Shown: one piece after another, positions 1 to 9,561 of the stretch | Layout: each line of letters starts with the position of its first letter | How positions within the stretch are numbered: position 1 is the stretch's first letter | Assembly: GCA_049510745.1 (NCBI GenBank) | Contig: JBEKYR010000002.1 | Location: 160,001-224,000, forward strand | From: Verrucomicrobiota bacterium | Lineage (GTDB): Bacteria; Verrucomicrobiota; Verrucomicrobiia; Limisphaerales; Palsa-1400 | Reading direction: 5' to 3' | Length of the DNA: 64,000 nt | Position numbers and translations under genes: made by a program | The notes under the pieces: generated by a model | Databases searched by the model: none | What the model was told of the DNA's origin: nothing | The model's input: the letters and a program-made list of their open reading frames with translations, nothing else

Positions 1-1
1 A

Positions 2-355
2 TGGAATTGGACTTGCGCTCAACAAGGCCGCGGGATTGGTGCGTCCTACGGAATGCGGTGGTGCCGTCAAGGTCCAGCTCACATTGGTGATGGAGGCGGC
101 GGGCACCGCGATGTTCACATCAGCCTCCAGATAAGCTGGCGTGCCGATCGCAATCGTGCTCAACCCGCCCGAATACACGGTGTTGGCCGGCAGACTATAA
201 ATTGCGACATCATTGGGTGTGACAGGCCGCGGGATGACCCGCGCATTGAGGGCGGGCGGCGAAGCCGCCCGCGCCGCCAGGGTGGCGACGATGCTGATGA
301 GCGCCACTGTCAACAGACAAGATGGCGCCTTTCTGGTTCGATTCTTTATTTTCAT
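2..355 (-). CDS. 5' part of a secreted protein truncated by the window edge (MKIKNRTRKAPSCLLTVALISIVATLAARAASPPALNARVIPRPVTP...)
   Basis: Manual translation: open frame from ATG 355 (alternative 364) to the edge, with a basic n-region, hydrophobic h-region and ARA cleavage motif. Absent from the ORF track because no stop is in the window. Confidence 0.75.
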   Translation of the reverse strand, partial: MKIKNRTRKAPSCLLTVALISIVATLAARAASPPALNARVIPRPVTPNDVAIYSLPANTVYSGGLSTIAIGTPAYLEADVNIAVPAASITNVSWTLTAPPHSVGRTNPAALLSASPIP

Positions 356-519
356 GATTTGCATTGTTTTGGGTGTTTTAAGGTTCGACGTCATGGGTAT
401 TGATGGGCATCTGCCTCGCGGCAGCGCCGTGTCGCGCTGCATCCTGACAGCCAGCCCCAACCCCTGAGCGCCTTTGGTGCCCGCCTGTCAAAATCTGTGA
501 GTTTTTCAAAATGGGGAAA

Positions 520-1605
520 TTATTTCGCATAATCAGCCAGGGGACTCTGGAAGGCCCAGCCCATCTGGGGTTGCCGCCCAGGCGTCTCCGGTTTTCTGGA
601 AGCTCCGTTGAGTTTGGCCATTAACCCGGCCGTGTGTTCTTCGATGATTTCATGGCATCGGGCCAGTTCCTGCTCCCGCAGCCGCACGTTTTCGCGCATG
701 AGTTGTTCCAGGTGGTCGATATTGTAGAGAAAGACATTTTCAAGCCGTTCCACCTCGACGGCGATGTCCCTCGGCACGGCGATGTCGATGAGAAACAACG
801 GGCGGTTGGGCCGCTGCCGCATGACCGCCTCCACGTCCTCGCGGTCCAGGATGGTTTCCGGGCAGCCGGTGGAACTGACGACAATGTCCGCCTCCCGCAT
901 CGCGGCCAGGCCGTCGTCCATATAATTGATGGCGCGCCCGCCGAAGGCGCGGGCCAGCTCCTCGGCGTGTTCGAGGGTGCGGTTGGCGACGATGATGGAG
1001 CGGATGCCTTTTTTGGCGATGTGCCGGAGGCACGCTTCCCCCATTTTGCCGGCGCCAATGATCATGACCGTTTTCTCGTGAAAATCGGCGCCGAGGATCC
1101 TCTCGGCCAATTGGACGGCCACGCTGCCCACCGAGGTGGCGCCGCGCCCGATTTGCGTCTGGGTGCGGATGGCTTTGACGACTTGAAAGGCGCGCTGGAA
1201 GGCGCAGTTGATGACCCGCCCGGTCAACTGAGCGGCGCGGGCCGCCTCGTAGGCGGTTTTTATCTGGCCGGTGATCTCCGTTTCGCCCAGGACCATCGAA
1301 TCCAGGCCGCTGGCGACGGCGAAGAGATGGCGCGCGGCGGCCTCCCCGGTATGGACATAGACATAAGGGGAGACATCCACCTTGGCGCGGGCGAGCGACG
1401 CGAGCAGATCGACCAGGCCCCCGGCATGATCGGCCACGCCGTACATTTCCACCCGGTTGCAGGTGGAAACCAGGGCCAATTCCGACAGGCCGCCCTGCTC
1501 TTTGAGCCGGGTGGCGGTCTCGATGAGACGCGACGGGATCACGGCCAGTTGCTCGCGCAATTGGACCGGCGCGGTCTTAAAGCTGATGCCTGCCACGAAC
1601 ATCAT
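520..1605 (-). CDS. hemA: Glutamyl-tRNA reductase (short C-terminus)
   Basis: STCNRVE catalytic motif, GLDSMVLGETEI, GAGKMG NADPH site, DIAVPRD; AGGAGG upstream. Confidence 0.96.
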   Translation of the reverse strand: MMFVAGISFKTAPVQLREQLAVIPSRLIETATRLKEQGGLSELALVSTCNRVEMYGVADHAGGLVDLLASLARAKVDVSPYVYVHTGEAAARHLFAVASGLDSMVLGETEITGQIKTAYEAARAAQLTGRVINCAFQRAFQVVKAIRTQTQIGRGATSVGSVAVQLAERILGADFHEKTVMIIGAGKMGEACLRHIAKKGIRSIIVANRTLEHAEELARAFGGRAINYMDDGLAAMREADIVVSSTGCPETILDREDVEAVMRQRPNRPLFLIDIAVPRDIAVEVERLENVFLYNIDHLEQLMRENVRLREQELARCHEIIEEHTAGLMAKLNGASRKPETPGRQPQMGWAFQSPLADYAK

Positions 1606-1893
1606 GCGAGCCTCCTTCCAGCGCCCGCGGGCTGCCTGAGATTTTGCCTGTTTCTCCCCTGTGATCCGCTGTTCTCAATGCGTCTTGCGCTTTTCATGTT
1701 GCCAGGAGCGTCGCTCAGGAAGGGAAAGATTAACTACACAAGCCTTGTGAAATGTTGGACATTTATTGGGCTGTTCTATGCCAAAGAGCCTGTCCAAAAT
1801 TCCGCCATTGGCCAAAAAATGGCCTGAGAATGGCAATTACCGTGGAGTCGGGGAACGGCCCCCCTTGTAAGTTGGCTGGCGAACTGGAAAACA

Positions 1894-2196
1894 ATGAAAG
1901 CGTTTGCCGAGATAATTCAATGGGATGACCGCACTCCGCCGGACGAAGAAAGACAGTGTCCGAAGCCGTTTACCTGCCCGCTCAGCCGCGTCCAAGCGGG
2001 GATGGCGGTGCGCATCACGGAGCTTTCCGCTCCGCCGGACGTGACCCGGCGCTTGCGGGAGATTGGGTTTGGCGAACAGCAGGTGATCAAACTGCTGATC
2101 CGTCAATCCAACCTGATTTGCCAGGTGTGCAACGCCCGCCTGGCTCTCAGTTCCCAACTCGCCCAGATGATTATCGTCGAGCCACTGCCGGCTTGA
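1894..2196 (+). CDS. FeoA-family (SH3-like) protein, Cys-rich
   Basis: PLS..(G)...I..L......RRL.EIGF..Q.I......R.ALS..LA..I.V pattern typical of FeoA; ends 15 bp before nuoA. Confidence 0.75.
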   Translation: MKAFAEIIQWDDRTPPDEERQCPKPFTCPLSRVQAGMAVRITELSAPPDVTRRLREIGFGEQQVIKLLIRQSNLICQVCNARLALSSQLAQMIIVEPLPA

Positions 2197-2211
2197 ACGG
2201 ACCAAAACACC

Positions 2212-2583
2212 ATGAAGGTTGGACCTTACTTGTTCCTGGCGGTTTTCGGCCTGGCCGCAATGGTCTTCGCCCTCGCGCCGCTGGCCATCGCCTGGCTGTG
2301 GGCGCGGGCTTTCTCGCCCCGGACGCCCGGCGCGGTCAAAAACGCCATTTACGAGTGCGGCTTGGAATCCAAACCCACCGGCTGGGTGCAGTTCAAATCC
2401 GAATACTATCTCTACGGCATTATCTTTCTCATCTTCGATGTCGAAACGATTTTTTTGCTGCCCTTTGCCGTCGCCTTCAAGGGTCTCTCGTTGGGAGCGT
2501 GTCTGGCGATGTTGATTTTCATCCTCTTGCTGGCCGAAGGGCTTGCCTGGGCCTGGGCCAAGGGGGTATTGGCCTGGAAATGA
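2212..2583 (+). CDS. nuoA: NADH-quinone oxidoreductase subunit A
   Basis: YECG, FLIFDVE, three TM segments, KGVLAW. Confidence 0.95.
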   Translation: MKVGPYLFLAVFGLAAMVFALAPLAIAWLWARAFSPRTPGAVKNAIYECGLESKPTGWVQFKSEYYLYGIIFLIFDVETIFLLPFAVAFKGLSLGACLAMLIFILLLAEGLAWAWAKGVLAWK

Positions 2584-2599
2584 ACGATGAACGGCTCCC

Positions 2600-3193
2600 A
2601 TGAACCAGGAACTTCAAAACAGGTTAAGCCGGCAGGGAGTGGTGCTCACCACGGTGGAGGAGCTTTACAACTGGGGCCGGAAGAATTCCCTGTGGCCGTT
2701 GCAGTTTGGCCTGGCCTGCTGCGCCATCGAGATGATCGCCGCCTCCATGGCGCGCTTTGACATGGCGCGTTTCGGCGCCGAGGTCTTTCGGCCCTCCCCC
2801 CGGCAGGCTGACCTGATGATCGTTTCCGGCACTGTCACCAAAAAAATGGCCCCGCAGGTCGTGCGTCTCTACAACCAGATGCCGGAGCCAAAATACGTCA
2901 TTGCCATGGGCGCGTGCGCCATTTGCGGCGGCCCCTTCCGGGACGGCTACAATGTGCTGCAAGGGATCGACCTTTATCTGCCGGTGGACGTTTATATCCC
3001 CGGTTGCCCGCCCCGGCCCGAAGCGCTGCTGGAGGGCCTGATGACCCTGCAACAAAAAATAGCGCGCCAGCGCCTCCAAGGCCCCGACCGCCCGCGCCAC
3101 CTGGAGGCCGACGCGCCCGGCGAATTTCCCGTTCCGCAATTCGGACCGCATGACCTTGTGGGGCCGCGCTTGCGCACACCCCAGGACACCTGA
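2600..3193 (+). CDS. nuoB: NADH-quinone oxidoreductase subunit B
   Basis: [27 protein letters not shown] (N2 cluster ligands). Confidence 0.96.
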   Translation: MNQELQNRLSRQGVVLTTVEELYNWGRKNSLWPLQFGLACCAIEMIAASMARFDMARFGAEVFRPSPRQADLMIVSGTVTKKMAPQVVRLYNQMPEPKYVIAMGACAICGGPFRDGYNVLQGIDLYLPVDVYIPGCPPRPEALLEGLMTLQQKIARQRLQGPDRPRHLEADAPGEFPVPQFGPHDLVGPRLRTPQDT

Positions 3194-3768
3194 TGCAAAC
3201 TCTGGAAGAAATCAAAGACCGCCTCAGCGGCCGCTTCCCGGCCGCCCGCCTGGAGGTCATCCCCAACGGCAGCCCGGCCCGGCAGCCGTCGCTGCTCCTC
3301 GACCACGAATACGCGCGGGAAATCGCCGGGTTTTTGCGCGACGATCCGGCGCTGCGCCTGGATTACGCCTCCAACGTCACGGGCGTGGACTGGCCGGAAA
3401 GGGTTGTCAAAGAGAAAGTCAAGGTCAGGAAGATCATTGACGGCGTGGAGAAGGAAACCGAGGAACTGGTCGCGCGGAAAATCCCGGGATTCCTCGAAGC
3501 CGTCTATCATCTCTATTCCATGGCGCTCGGTCACGGGCCGCTGGTGATCCGGCTGCGCACCGGCAATCGAACCGACCGCGTCGCGCTGCCCTCGCTGACG
3601 CCCATCTGGCGCAGTTGCGAGTTCCAGGAACGGGAGATCTTCGATCTTTTTGGCATCCAATTCCAAGGGCATCCCGATCTGCGCCGCATCCTGATGTGGG
3701 ACGGGTTCGCCGATCATCCCATGCGCAAGGACTATGTGCCGGCCGATCACCAGGAGGCCCGGCCATGA
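3193..3768 (+). CDS. nuoC: NADH-quinone oxidoreductase subunit C
   Basis: [19 protein letters not shown]...HPMRKDY. Confidence 0.93.
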   Translation: MQTLEEIKDRLSGRFPAARLEVIPNGSPARQPSLLLDHEYAREIAGFLRDDPALRLDYASNVTGVDWPERVVKEKVKVRKIIDGVEKETEELVARKIPGFLEAVYHLYSMALGHGPLVIRLRTGNRTDRVALPSLTPIWRSCEFQEREIFDLFGIQFQGHPDLRRILMWDGFADHPMRKDYVPADHQEARP

Positions 3769-4916
3769 TCGCGCCGCCGCCGGAACCTCAGACCCCGGCC
3801 CTCGGTGAGGCCGCCGACCACGATCTCCTCGAAGTGGCGATGGGGCCGCACCACCCCTCCACTCACGGCGTTTTTCGGATGAATGTTGTTCTGGACGGCG
3901 AAAGGGCCGTCAAACTGACGCCGGTATTCGGCTACCTCCATCGCAACCACGAAAAGATCGCGGAGAAGAACAGCTACCTGGCGTCCATCCCCTACACCGA
4001 CCGGCTGGATTACATCTGCTCGATGACCAATAACTGGGCCTATGTCCTGAGCGTGGAGAAGCTGGCCGGGCTGGCCGTGCCGGAGCGCGCCGAATACATT
4101 CGAGTCATCGTCGGCGAACTCACCCGCCTGTTCAACCACGCGTGTCTGGCGGGATTCCTCTTGCAGGACATGGGCGCGTCGGGCACGCCCCTGATGTACG
4201 CCTTTCGCGAGCGGGAAAAAATCCTCGACCTCTTCGAAGCGTTGAGCGGCTCGCGCATGATGTGCAATTACATGCGCTTCGGCGGCTGCCGCTGCGACTT
4301 TCCGCCCGGCTGGCTGGAAGAGGCCGCCAAAGTCGCGGCCGGTTTCGATGCCTTCCTCGACGAGTTCGAGGCGCTTCTGAGCGAGAACGAAATCCTCCGC
4401 GCGCGCTGCGAAGGCGTGGGCGTGCTCCCGCGCGATCTGGCGGTCAACGCCGGCGTCACCGGCCCGGGCTTGCGGGCCAGCGGAGTCAATTACGACATCC
4501 GCAAAGTGGACCAGTATGGAATTTACAGCCGCTTCAAATTCCGCGTGCCGCTCGGCCAGCGGGGGGACGTTTTTGATCGTTACATGGTGCGGATTCTCGA
4601 AATGCGGGAATCCCTCAGGATTCTCGGCCAGGCCCTGCATGACCTTCCCGCCGGAGCGATCCTCGATCCCAAATTCAAACTGCGCAATCTCCGCCCCAAA
4701 CCCGGCGAAGCCTACGGGCGGATCGAAGCGCCCAAAGGCGAATTGGGCTTCTACCTCATCAGCGACGGCGGGCCCGCGCCTTATCGTTACCGGGTCCGTC
4801 CTCCCAGTCTGATCAATCTGACCGTCCTCGAAGATATGTGCCTGGGCCATACGATTGCGGATGTGGTCATTATCCTGGGCAGCATCGACATCGTGCTCGG
4901 GGAGGTGGATCGCTAA
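3765..4916 (+). CDS. nuoD: NADH-quinone oxidoreductase subunit D
   Basis: [21 protein letters not shown]-terminal DIVLGEVDR; no NiFe CxxC motifs; ATGA overlap with nuoC sets the start. Confidence 0.95.
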   Translation: MIAPPPEPQTPALGEAADHDLLEVAMGPHHPSTHGVFRMNVVLDGERAVKLTPVFGYLHRNHEKIAEKNSYLASIPYTDRLDYICSMTNNWAYVLSVEKLAGLAVPERAEYIRVIVGELTRLFNHACLAGFLLQDMGASGTPLMYAFREREKILDLFEALSGSRMMCNYMRFGGCRCDFPPGWLEEAAKVAAGFDAFLDEFEALLSENEILRARCEGVGVLPRDLAVNAGVTGPGLRASGVNYDIRKVDQYGIYSRFKFRVPLGQRGDVFDRYMVRILEMRESLRILGQALHDLPAGAILDPKFKLRNLRPKPGEAYGRIEAPKGELGFYLISDGGPAPYRYRVRPPSLINLTVLEDMCLGHTIADVVIILGSIDIVLGEVDR

Positions 4917-5476
4917 TGCTGGGGCGCGGCATCCTTCGAGGGCTGATCGAGACGGGGCGGAATTTCTGCGGCAGCTATTATGACCCCGCCCGGCTGACCA
5001 CCGTGCAGTACCCGGAGGAGACACTTCCGCCGCTGGAAAACGCGCGCACGATTCCTTTTCTGGTCTATGATGGCAACGATCCTCTCGACGGGTTGCGCTG
5101 CACGGCTTGCACCATTTGCGCGCTGGAATGCCCGGCCCATTGCATCGAAATCGTCAAGGACACCGCAAAAAAACCTGATTACCTGGGCAAAATGCAAATA
5201 CAGCCCAAGGTCTTCGACATCGACATGGCCGTCTGCATGGAGTGCGGCATCTGCGCGGAAGTGTGCCCGTTCGATTCCATCAAAATGGACCGGGTCTTCG
5301 AGTTGGCCGGCGAGGATCGCCGGATGATATTGCACAAGGCGGACCTGGCCAAATCCAACGAGTACTTTCGCGAAATCCATCCCGCCGAAGCCGCCGCTGT
5401 GGATGCCGCGCGCGCCGAAGAACAACGGAAGGCGCAAGCCAAAAAAATCGCCGCCACCGTCCCAACCCCGGCATGA
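4916..5476 (+). CDS. nuoI: NuoI-like 2x[4Fe-4S] subunit
   Basis: TVQYPEE, CTACTICALECP and CMECGICAEVCP; TAATG overlap with nuoD. Confidence 0.92.
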   Translation: MLGRGILRGLIETGRNFCGSYYDPARLTTVQYPEETLPPLENARTIPFLVYDGNDPLDGLRCTACTICALECPAHCIEIVKDTAKKPDYLGKMQIQPKVFDIDMAVCMECGICAEVCPFDSIKMDRVFELAGEDRRMILHKADLAKSNEYFREIHPAEAAAVDAARAEEQRKAQAKKIAATVPTPA

Positions 5477-6663
5477 ACGCCCTGGACCAAATTTTTATTT
5501 CAGTGCAACACGGGCTGGCGGGCCTGGCTCCGGCGTCCATGCGGCCCCTGGTGTTGGCGCTGCTCAACATCGCGGGCCTCATGGCGGCGTTTGGAACCTG
5601 CTTTGCCCTCACCACCATCCTCGAGCGCAAAATCCTGGGCCGGATGCAAAATCGCTTCGGCCCCAATCGCGTCGGGCCTTTCGGTTTGCTGCAGCCGTTG
5701 GCCGACGGCGTCAAGATGCTGATCAAAGAGGACATTGTTCCTTTTTCCGCCGATCATGCGGTGCATTTTCTCGCGCCGCTGGCGCTGACCGTGCCGGTTT
5801 GGCTGGCCTTCGCCGTTTTGCCTTTCGGACGCAACATGAGCGCCGTTGAACTGGACGCCGGGATTCTTTTCTTTTTTGCCATTGGGTCCGCCTCCGAACT
5901 GGCGGTCTTCATGGCGGGATGGTCGAGTCAAAACAAATACTCGCTGGTGGGCGCGATGCGGGCGATCGCGCAAATGATCAGCTACGAAGTTCCGTTGGTG
6001 CTGGCCAGCGTTCCGGTGGTGATGGCGGCCGGTTCGTTGTCATTGCCGGACATTGTCCAGGCCCAATCCGGCTGCGCCCTGGGCTGGGTGCCGCGATGGA
6101 ACGTGTTCACGCCCTGGGGTCTGGCCGGGTTCGCGCTCTTCCTGATCGCCGCCGCCGCCGAATCCAACCGTTGCCCGTTTGACCTGCCGGAAGGGGAATC
6201 CGAGTTGATCGCCGGCTATCTGACCGAGTATTCCGGTTTCAAATACGCTCTGTTTTTCCTCGGAGAATACCTCGGTCTTTTCGCCGTAACCGGCCTGGGC
6301 GTGACCCTGTTTCTGGGAGGATGGCAGGCGCCGGCCAAATGGCTGGAATGGCTGCCGTCCTGGGGCTGGTTCGCCGCAAAATTCAGCGCGTTGATTTTTC
6401 TTTTCATCTGGGTGCGGGCGACCCTGCCGCGATTGCGCCTGGACCAACTGTTGAATTTCGCCTGGAAGCTTCTTGTCCCGCTCGCCCTGATCAACCTGTT
6501 CGTCGCCGGCGCCTGGTTGAAAAGCGGCGCGTGGCATTTTCCCGCGGCGTTGGAAATTCGCTGGCTGCTCTGCGCGGCCCTCCTGGCGGTACCCTATGTC
6601 TGGTTCGGCCGAAGCTGGAAAGGCCCGATGGCCAAAGAACGCCAATATAGTTATGCTGAATGA
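5473..6663 (+). CDS. nuoH: NADH-quinone oxidoreductase subunit H
   Basis: ERK..GRMQNR.GPNRVG, ADGVKMLIKED, SYE, PFDLPEGESEL; ATGA overlap with nuoI. Confidence 0.95.
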   Translation: MNALDQIFISVQHGLAGLAPASMRPLVLALLNIAGLMAAFGTCFALTTILERKILGRMQNRFGPNRVGPFGLLQPLADGVKMLIKEDIVPFSADHAVHFLAPLALTVPVWLAFAVLPFGRNMSAVELDAGILFFFAIGSASELAVFMAGWSSQNKYSLVGAMRAIAQMISYEVPLVLASVPVVMAAGSLSLPDIVQAQSGCALGWVPRWNVFTPWGLAGFALFLIAAAAESNRCPFDLPEGESELIAGYLTEYSGFKYALFFLGEYLGLFAVTGLGVTLFLGGWQAPAKWLEWLPSWGWFAAKFSALIFLFIWVRATLPRLRLDQLLNFAWKLLVPLALINLFVAGAWLKSGAWHFPAALEIRWLLCAALLAVPYVWFGRSWKGPMAKERQYSYAE

Positions 6664-7222
6664 GATCGCATTTTATCTGGCCGCCGGCCTGACCGTGGCC
6701 TTCGCCGTCGCCGCCATGACCCTGCGTCACCTGGTGCATTGCGCCTTGTGCGCCGCCGCCGCTTTTGGCGGTCTGGCCGTGATCTATTTGCAGCTCGACG
6801 CGGAGTTTGTGGGATTTGCCCAACTGCTGGTTTATGTGGGGGCGATCGCCATTCTGATCGTCTTTGCCATCCTGTTGACACGCGGCGATGAAGTCCGCCC
6901 GGGCCGCAGCCAGGCGTCGCCTTCCTGGATGACGGGGGTCGCGGCCGCCGCGCTGGTGCTGGCCGGAATCGCCCTGCCGATTCTCAGCAGCCCCAGTCTG
7001 CAACGCGGCGCCCCACCCGCGGCGGTGGCGCCGGTGAAAAAAATCGGGGAGGAATTGATGACCCGTTACGTCCTGCCGCTGGAGACAGTGGGGGTTCTGT
7101 TGACCGGCGCGTTGCTGGGAGCGGTCGTCATCGCCCTGCGCGAGGAATCCGAAGTCAAACCCCGGACCCGCTCGCCGGCGACACCGCGCGTCGAAACCGG
7201 GGAGGCGATCAACCTGCCATGA
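6653..7222 (+). CDS. nuoJ: NADH-quinone oxidoreductase subunit J
   Basis: [22 protein letters not shown]. Confidence 0.93.
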   Translation: MLNEIAFYLAAGLTVAFAVAAMTLRHLVHCALCAAAAFGGLAVIYLQLDAEFVGFAQLLVYVGAIAILIVFAILLTRGDEVRPGRSQASPSWMTGVAAAALVLAGIALPILSSPSLQRGAPPAAVAPVKKIGEELMTRYVLPLETVGVLLTGALLGAVVIALREESEVKPRTRSPATPRVETGEAINLP

Positions 7223-7533
7223 ACACGCCCCTCTCCCATTATCTGATTCTCTCCGCGTTGCTCTTTGGCATCGGTTTCGCGGGCGCGGTCGCCCGTCGCA
7301 GCGCCATCCTTGTGCTGATCGGCATCGAACTGATGCTCAACGCCGCGAACCTGAATTTCATCGCGTTCTGGCGCTACGGCCCCCACGCCGAAGCATTGAC
7401 CGGCGTGCTGTTCGTCCTTTTTTCCATCGCCATCGCGGCCGCCGAGGCGGCGGTGGGCCTGGCGTTGGTCATTGCCATCTACCGTCAACGAAAAACCGCG
7501 CAGGTCGATGCTTTGGATGCGCTCAAAGGTTGA
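7219..7533 (+). CDS. nuoK: NADH-quinone oxidoreductase subunit K
   Basis: [21 protein letters not shown]. Confidence 0.95.
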   Translation: MNTPLSHYLILSALLFGIGFAGAVARRSAILVLIGIELMLNAANLNFIAFWRYGPHAEALTGVLFVLFSIAIAAAEAAVGLALVIAIYRQRKTAQVDALDALKG

Positions 7534-7536
7534 GAC

Positions 7537-9561
7537 ATGGAACCCATCGTCCAATATCTCTGGTTGATTCCGGCGATCCCGCTGGTCATGGCGGGATGGG
7601 GCGCGTTGCTCACGCGCGACCGGCGGCGGCTGGCCGCTTGGCTGGCCATTGGCGGGATGGCTCTTTCCTGGTTGCTCTCCTGCGCCGCGTTTTTGACCAG
7701 CTTGAGCGCGCGTCCCTTCCGCCAGACCTGGAGTTTTCGCTGGTTTGATCTGGCCAATACTTCCGTGCCCCTGGGCTGGGTGCTGGACCCGTTGACCGCC
7801 GTCATGCTGATGATGGTGGCGTTTCTGTCGCTGCTCATTTTCATTTACAGCCTCGGCTACATGGCGCGCGACGACAATTTCACCCGGTTCTTCTGTTTTA
7901 TGTCGCTCTTCGGCGCCGCCATGCTCGGCCTGGTCATCGCCAACAGCCTTCTATTGCTGTTCATTTGCTGGGAACTGGTTGGGTTGTCGTCCTACCTGCT
8001 CATTGGTTTCTGGTATGAAAGACCGGCCGCCGCGGCCGCGGCGAAAAAAGCGTTTATTACCACGCGCATCGGCGACCTCGGACTCCTGCTCGGAATGCTC
8101 TGGCTCTATTCCCAAAGCGGCACGCTGCTCTTTTACGACCACGGCCACGGCTGCCTGGAAGCCTCCTCGCTGGCGCGCCTGGTGGCCGGCACGACCTTGG
8201 GCGGCATGGCTGTCTCGACTGCCATCTCCCTCCTGATTTTTGCCGGCGCCGTTGGCAAATCCGGCCAGGTGCCCTTGCACGTCTGGCTCCCGGACGCGAT
8301 GGAAGGTCCGACGCCGGTCAGCGCGCTCATTCACGCGGCCACCATGGTGGCGGCGGGAGTGTTTCTGGTCGCCCGCATGTATCCGCTGATGAGCGCCGGT
8401 CCTCATCCGGCCGCGCTCCAAGTCGTCACCTGGGTGGGGGCCATCACCGCGGTCTTTGCCGCCGCCATCGCTGTCGCGCAGAACGACATCAAGCGAATCA
8501 TCGCTTATTCCACGATTTCGCAATTGGGTTACATGATGCTGGGGCTGGGAGTGGGCGGGGTGGCCGTCGGCATGTTTCATCTGATTACGCACGCCTTTTT
8601 CAAATCGCTCCTGTTCCTCGGCGCCGGTTCCGTCATTCACGGCTGCAACGGCGAACAGGACATCCGAAAAATGGGTGGCCTGAAAAAACTCATGCCCTGG
8701 ACTTTCGCGACTTACGCCGTCGGCATGATGGCGCTGTGCGGCGTGCCGCTGTTTTTTTCGGGTTTTTGGAGCAAGGACGAAATCCTGCGCGCGGCGTGGG
8801 ATTGGCCCGTTTCCGCGGTCCCGTTTTGTCTCGGCGTGGCCGGCGCGTTTCTGACGGCATTTTATATGACGCGGCAGGTGAGCTGGGTGTTCTTCGGCAA
8901 ACCGGCGGAGGCCGAAGGTTCCCCTGCTCCCGCGCACGAAAGTCCACCGGTGATGACGATCCCGCTGGTCATCCTCGCGGTCTTCGCCGTGCTGGCCGGT
9001 TTTTTGGGAACGCCGGCCTGGCCGTGGTTCCATGCTTTCTTAAATGGAGAAAGCACCCCGTTCGCGCCTGCGGCTCTTGTGGCCCGCCCGCAACTCAATC
9101 TGATGCTGCTTTCCACCCTGGTCGTGGGCACGGCTCTGTTCGTGGGCTGGAAAATCTATTCCAAAGTCGCCGTCCAAAGTTTCCGGGAGACTGATCCGCT
9201 GGAGAAATCTCTGCCGGCTCTCTTTCGATTGCTCCAGAATAAATTCTTCATCGACGAACTTTATGCCGCGACGGTGCTGCGGCTGAACGCGGCCTTTGCG
9301 GCGTGCGCCGACTGGCTGGATCGCGTGATTTGGGCGGGCGCGGTCAACGCGGTTTCGGGGTTGACGGTCGTGTGCGCGCAGATCAACCGCGCCCTTGACG
9401 AATTCGGGGTCAATGCCGGATTCGATTTCGGCTGCGAAGGATTGCGCGGCACGGGAAGTCTCCTGTCGTGGATGCAAAACGGCCGCGTCCAGCGCTATTT
9501 GCGAATCGTGGGCCTGGCGTTCAGTCTTCTGGTGCTGGCCTTGCTCGGGGGGTGCGCATGA
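7537..9561 (+). CDS. nuoL: NADH-quinone oxidoreductase subunit L with lengthened lateral helix
   Basis: WELVGLSSYLLIGFW, GKSGQVPLHVWLPDAMEGPTPVSALIHAATMV, HAFFK, FWSKD. Confidence 0.96.
   Translation: MEPIVQYLWLIPAIPLVMAGWGALLTRDRRRLAAWLAIGGMALSWLLSCAAFLTSLSARPFRQTWSFRWFDLANTSVPLGWVLDPLTAVMLMMVAFLSLLIFIYSLGYMARDDNFTRFFCFMSLFGAAMLGLVIANSLLLLFICWELVGLSSYLLIGFWYERPAAAAAAKKAFITTRIGDLGLLLGMLWLYSQSGTLLFYDHGHGCLEASSLARLVAGTTLGGMAVSTAISLLIFAGAVGKSGQVPLHVWLPDAMEGPTPVSALIHAATMVAAGVFLVARMYPLMSAGPHPAALQVVTWVGAITAVFAAAIAVAQNDIKRIIAYSTISQLGYMMLGLGVGGVAVGMFHLITHAFFKSLLFLGAGSVIHGCNGEQDIRKMGGLKKLMPWTFATYAVGMMALCGVPLFFSGFWSKDEILRAAWDWPVSAVPFCLGVAGAFLTAFYMTRQVSWVFFGKPAEAEGSPAPAHESPPVMTIPLVILAVFAVLAGFLGTPAWPWFHAFLNGESTPFAPAALVARPQLNLMLLSTLVVGTALFVGWKIYSKVAVQSFRETDPLEKSLPALFRLLQNKFFIDELYAATVLRLNAAFAACADWLDRVIWAGAVNAVSGLTVVCAQINRALDEFGVNAGFDFGCEGLRGTGSLLSWMQNGRVQRYLRIVGLAFSLLVLALLGGCA

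Noticed and set aside
1602..1697. 31-aa minus-strand ORF overlapping the hemA start (possible leader peptide)
   Set aside because: No recognisable features; hemA has its own AGGAGG, so this is likely chance
1745..1762. Rex-like operator TTGTGAAATGTTGGACAT between hemA and the nuo operon
   Set aside because: The left half is perfect but the right half has three mismatches to TTCACAA; too weak without comparative data
3765..4916. Group 4 [NiFe]-hydrogenase large subunit
   Set aside because: No N- or C-terminal CxxC nickel ligands; quinone-site His/Tyr motifs and nuoA are present
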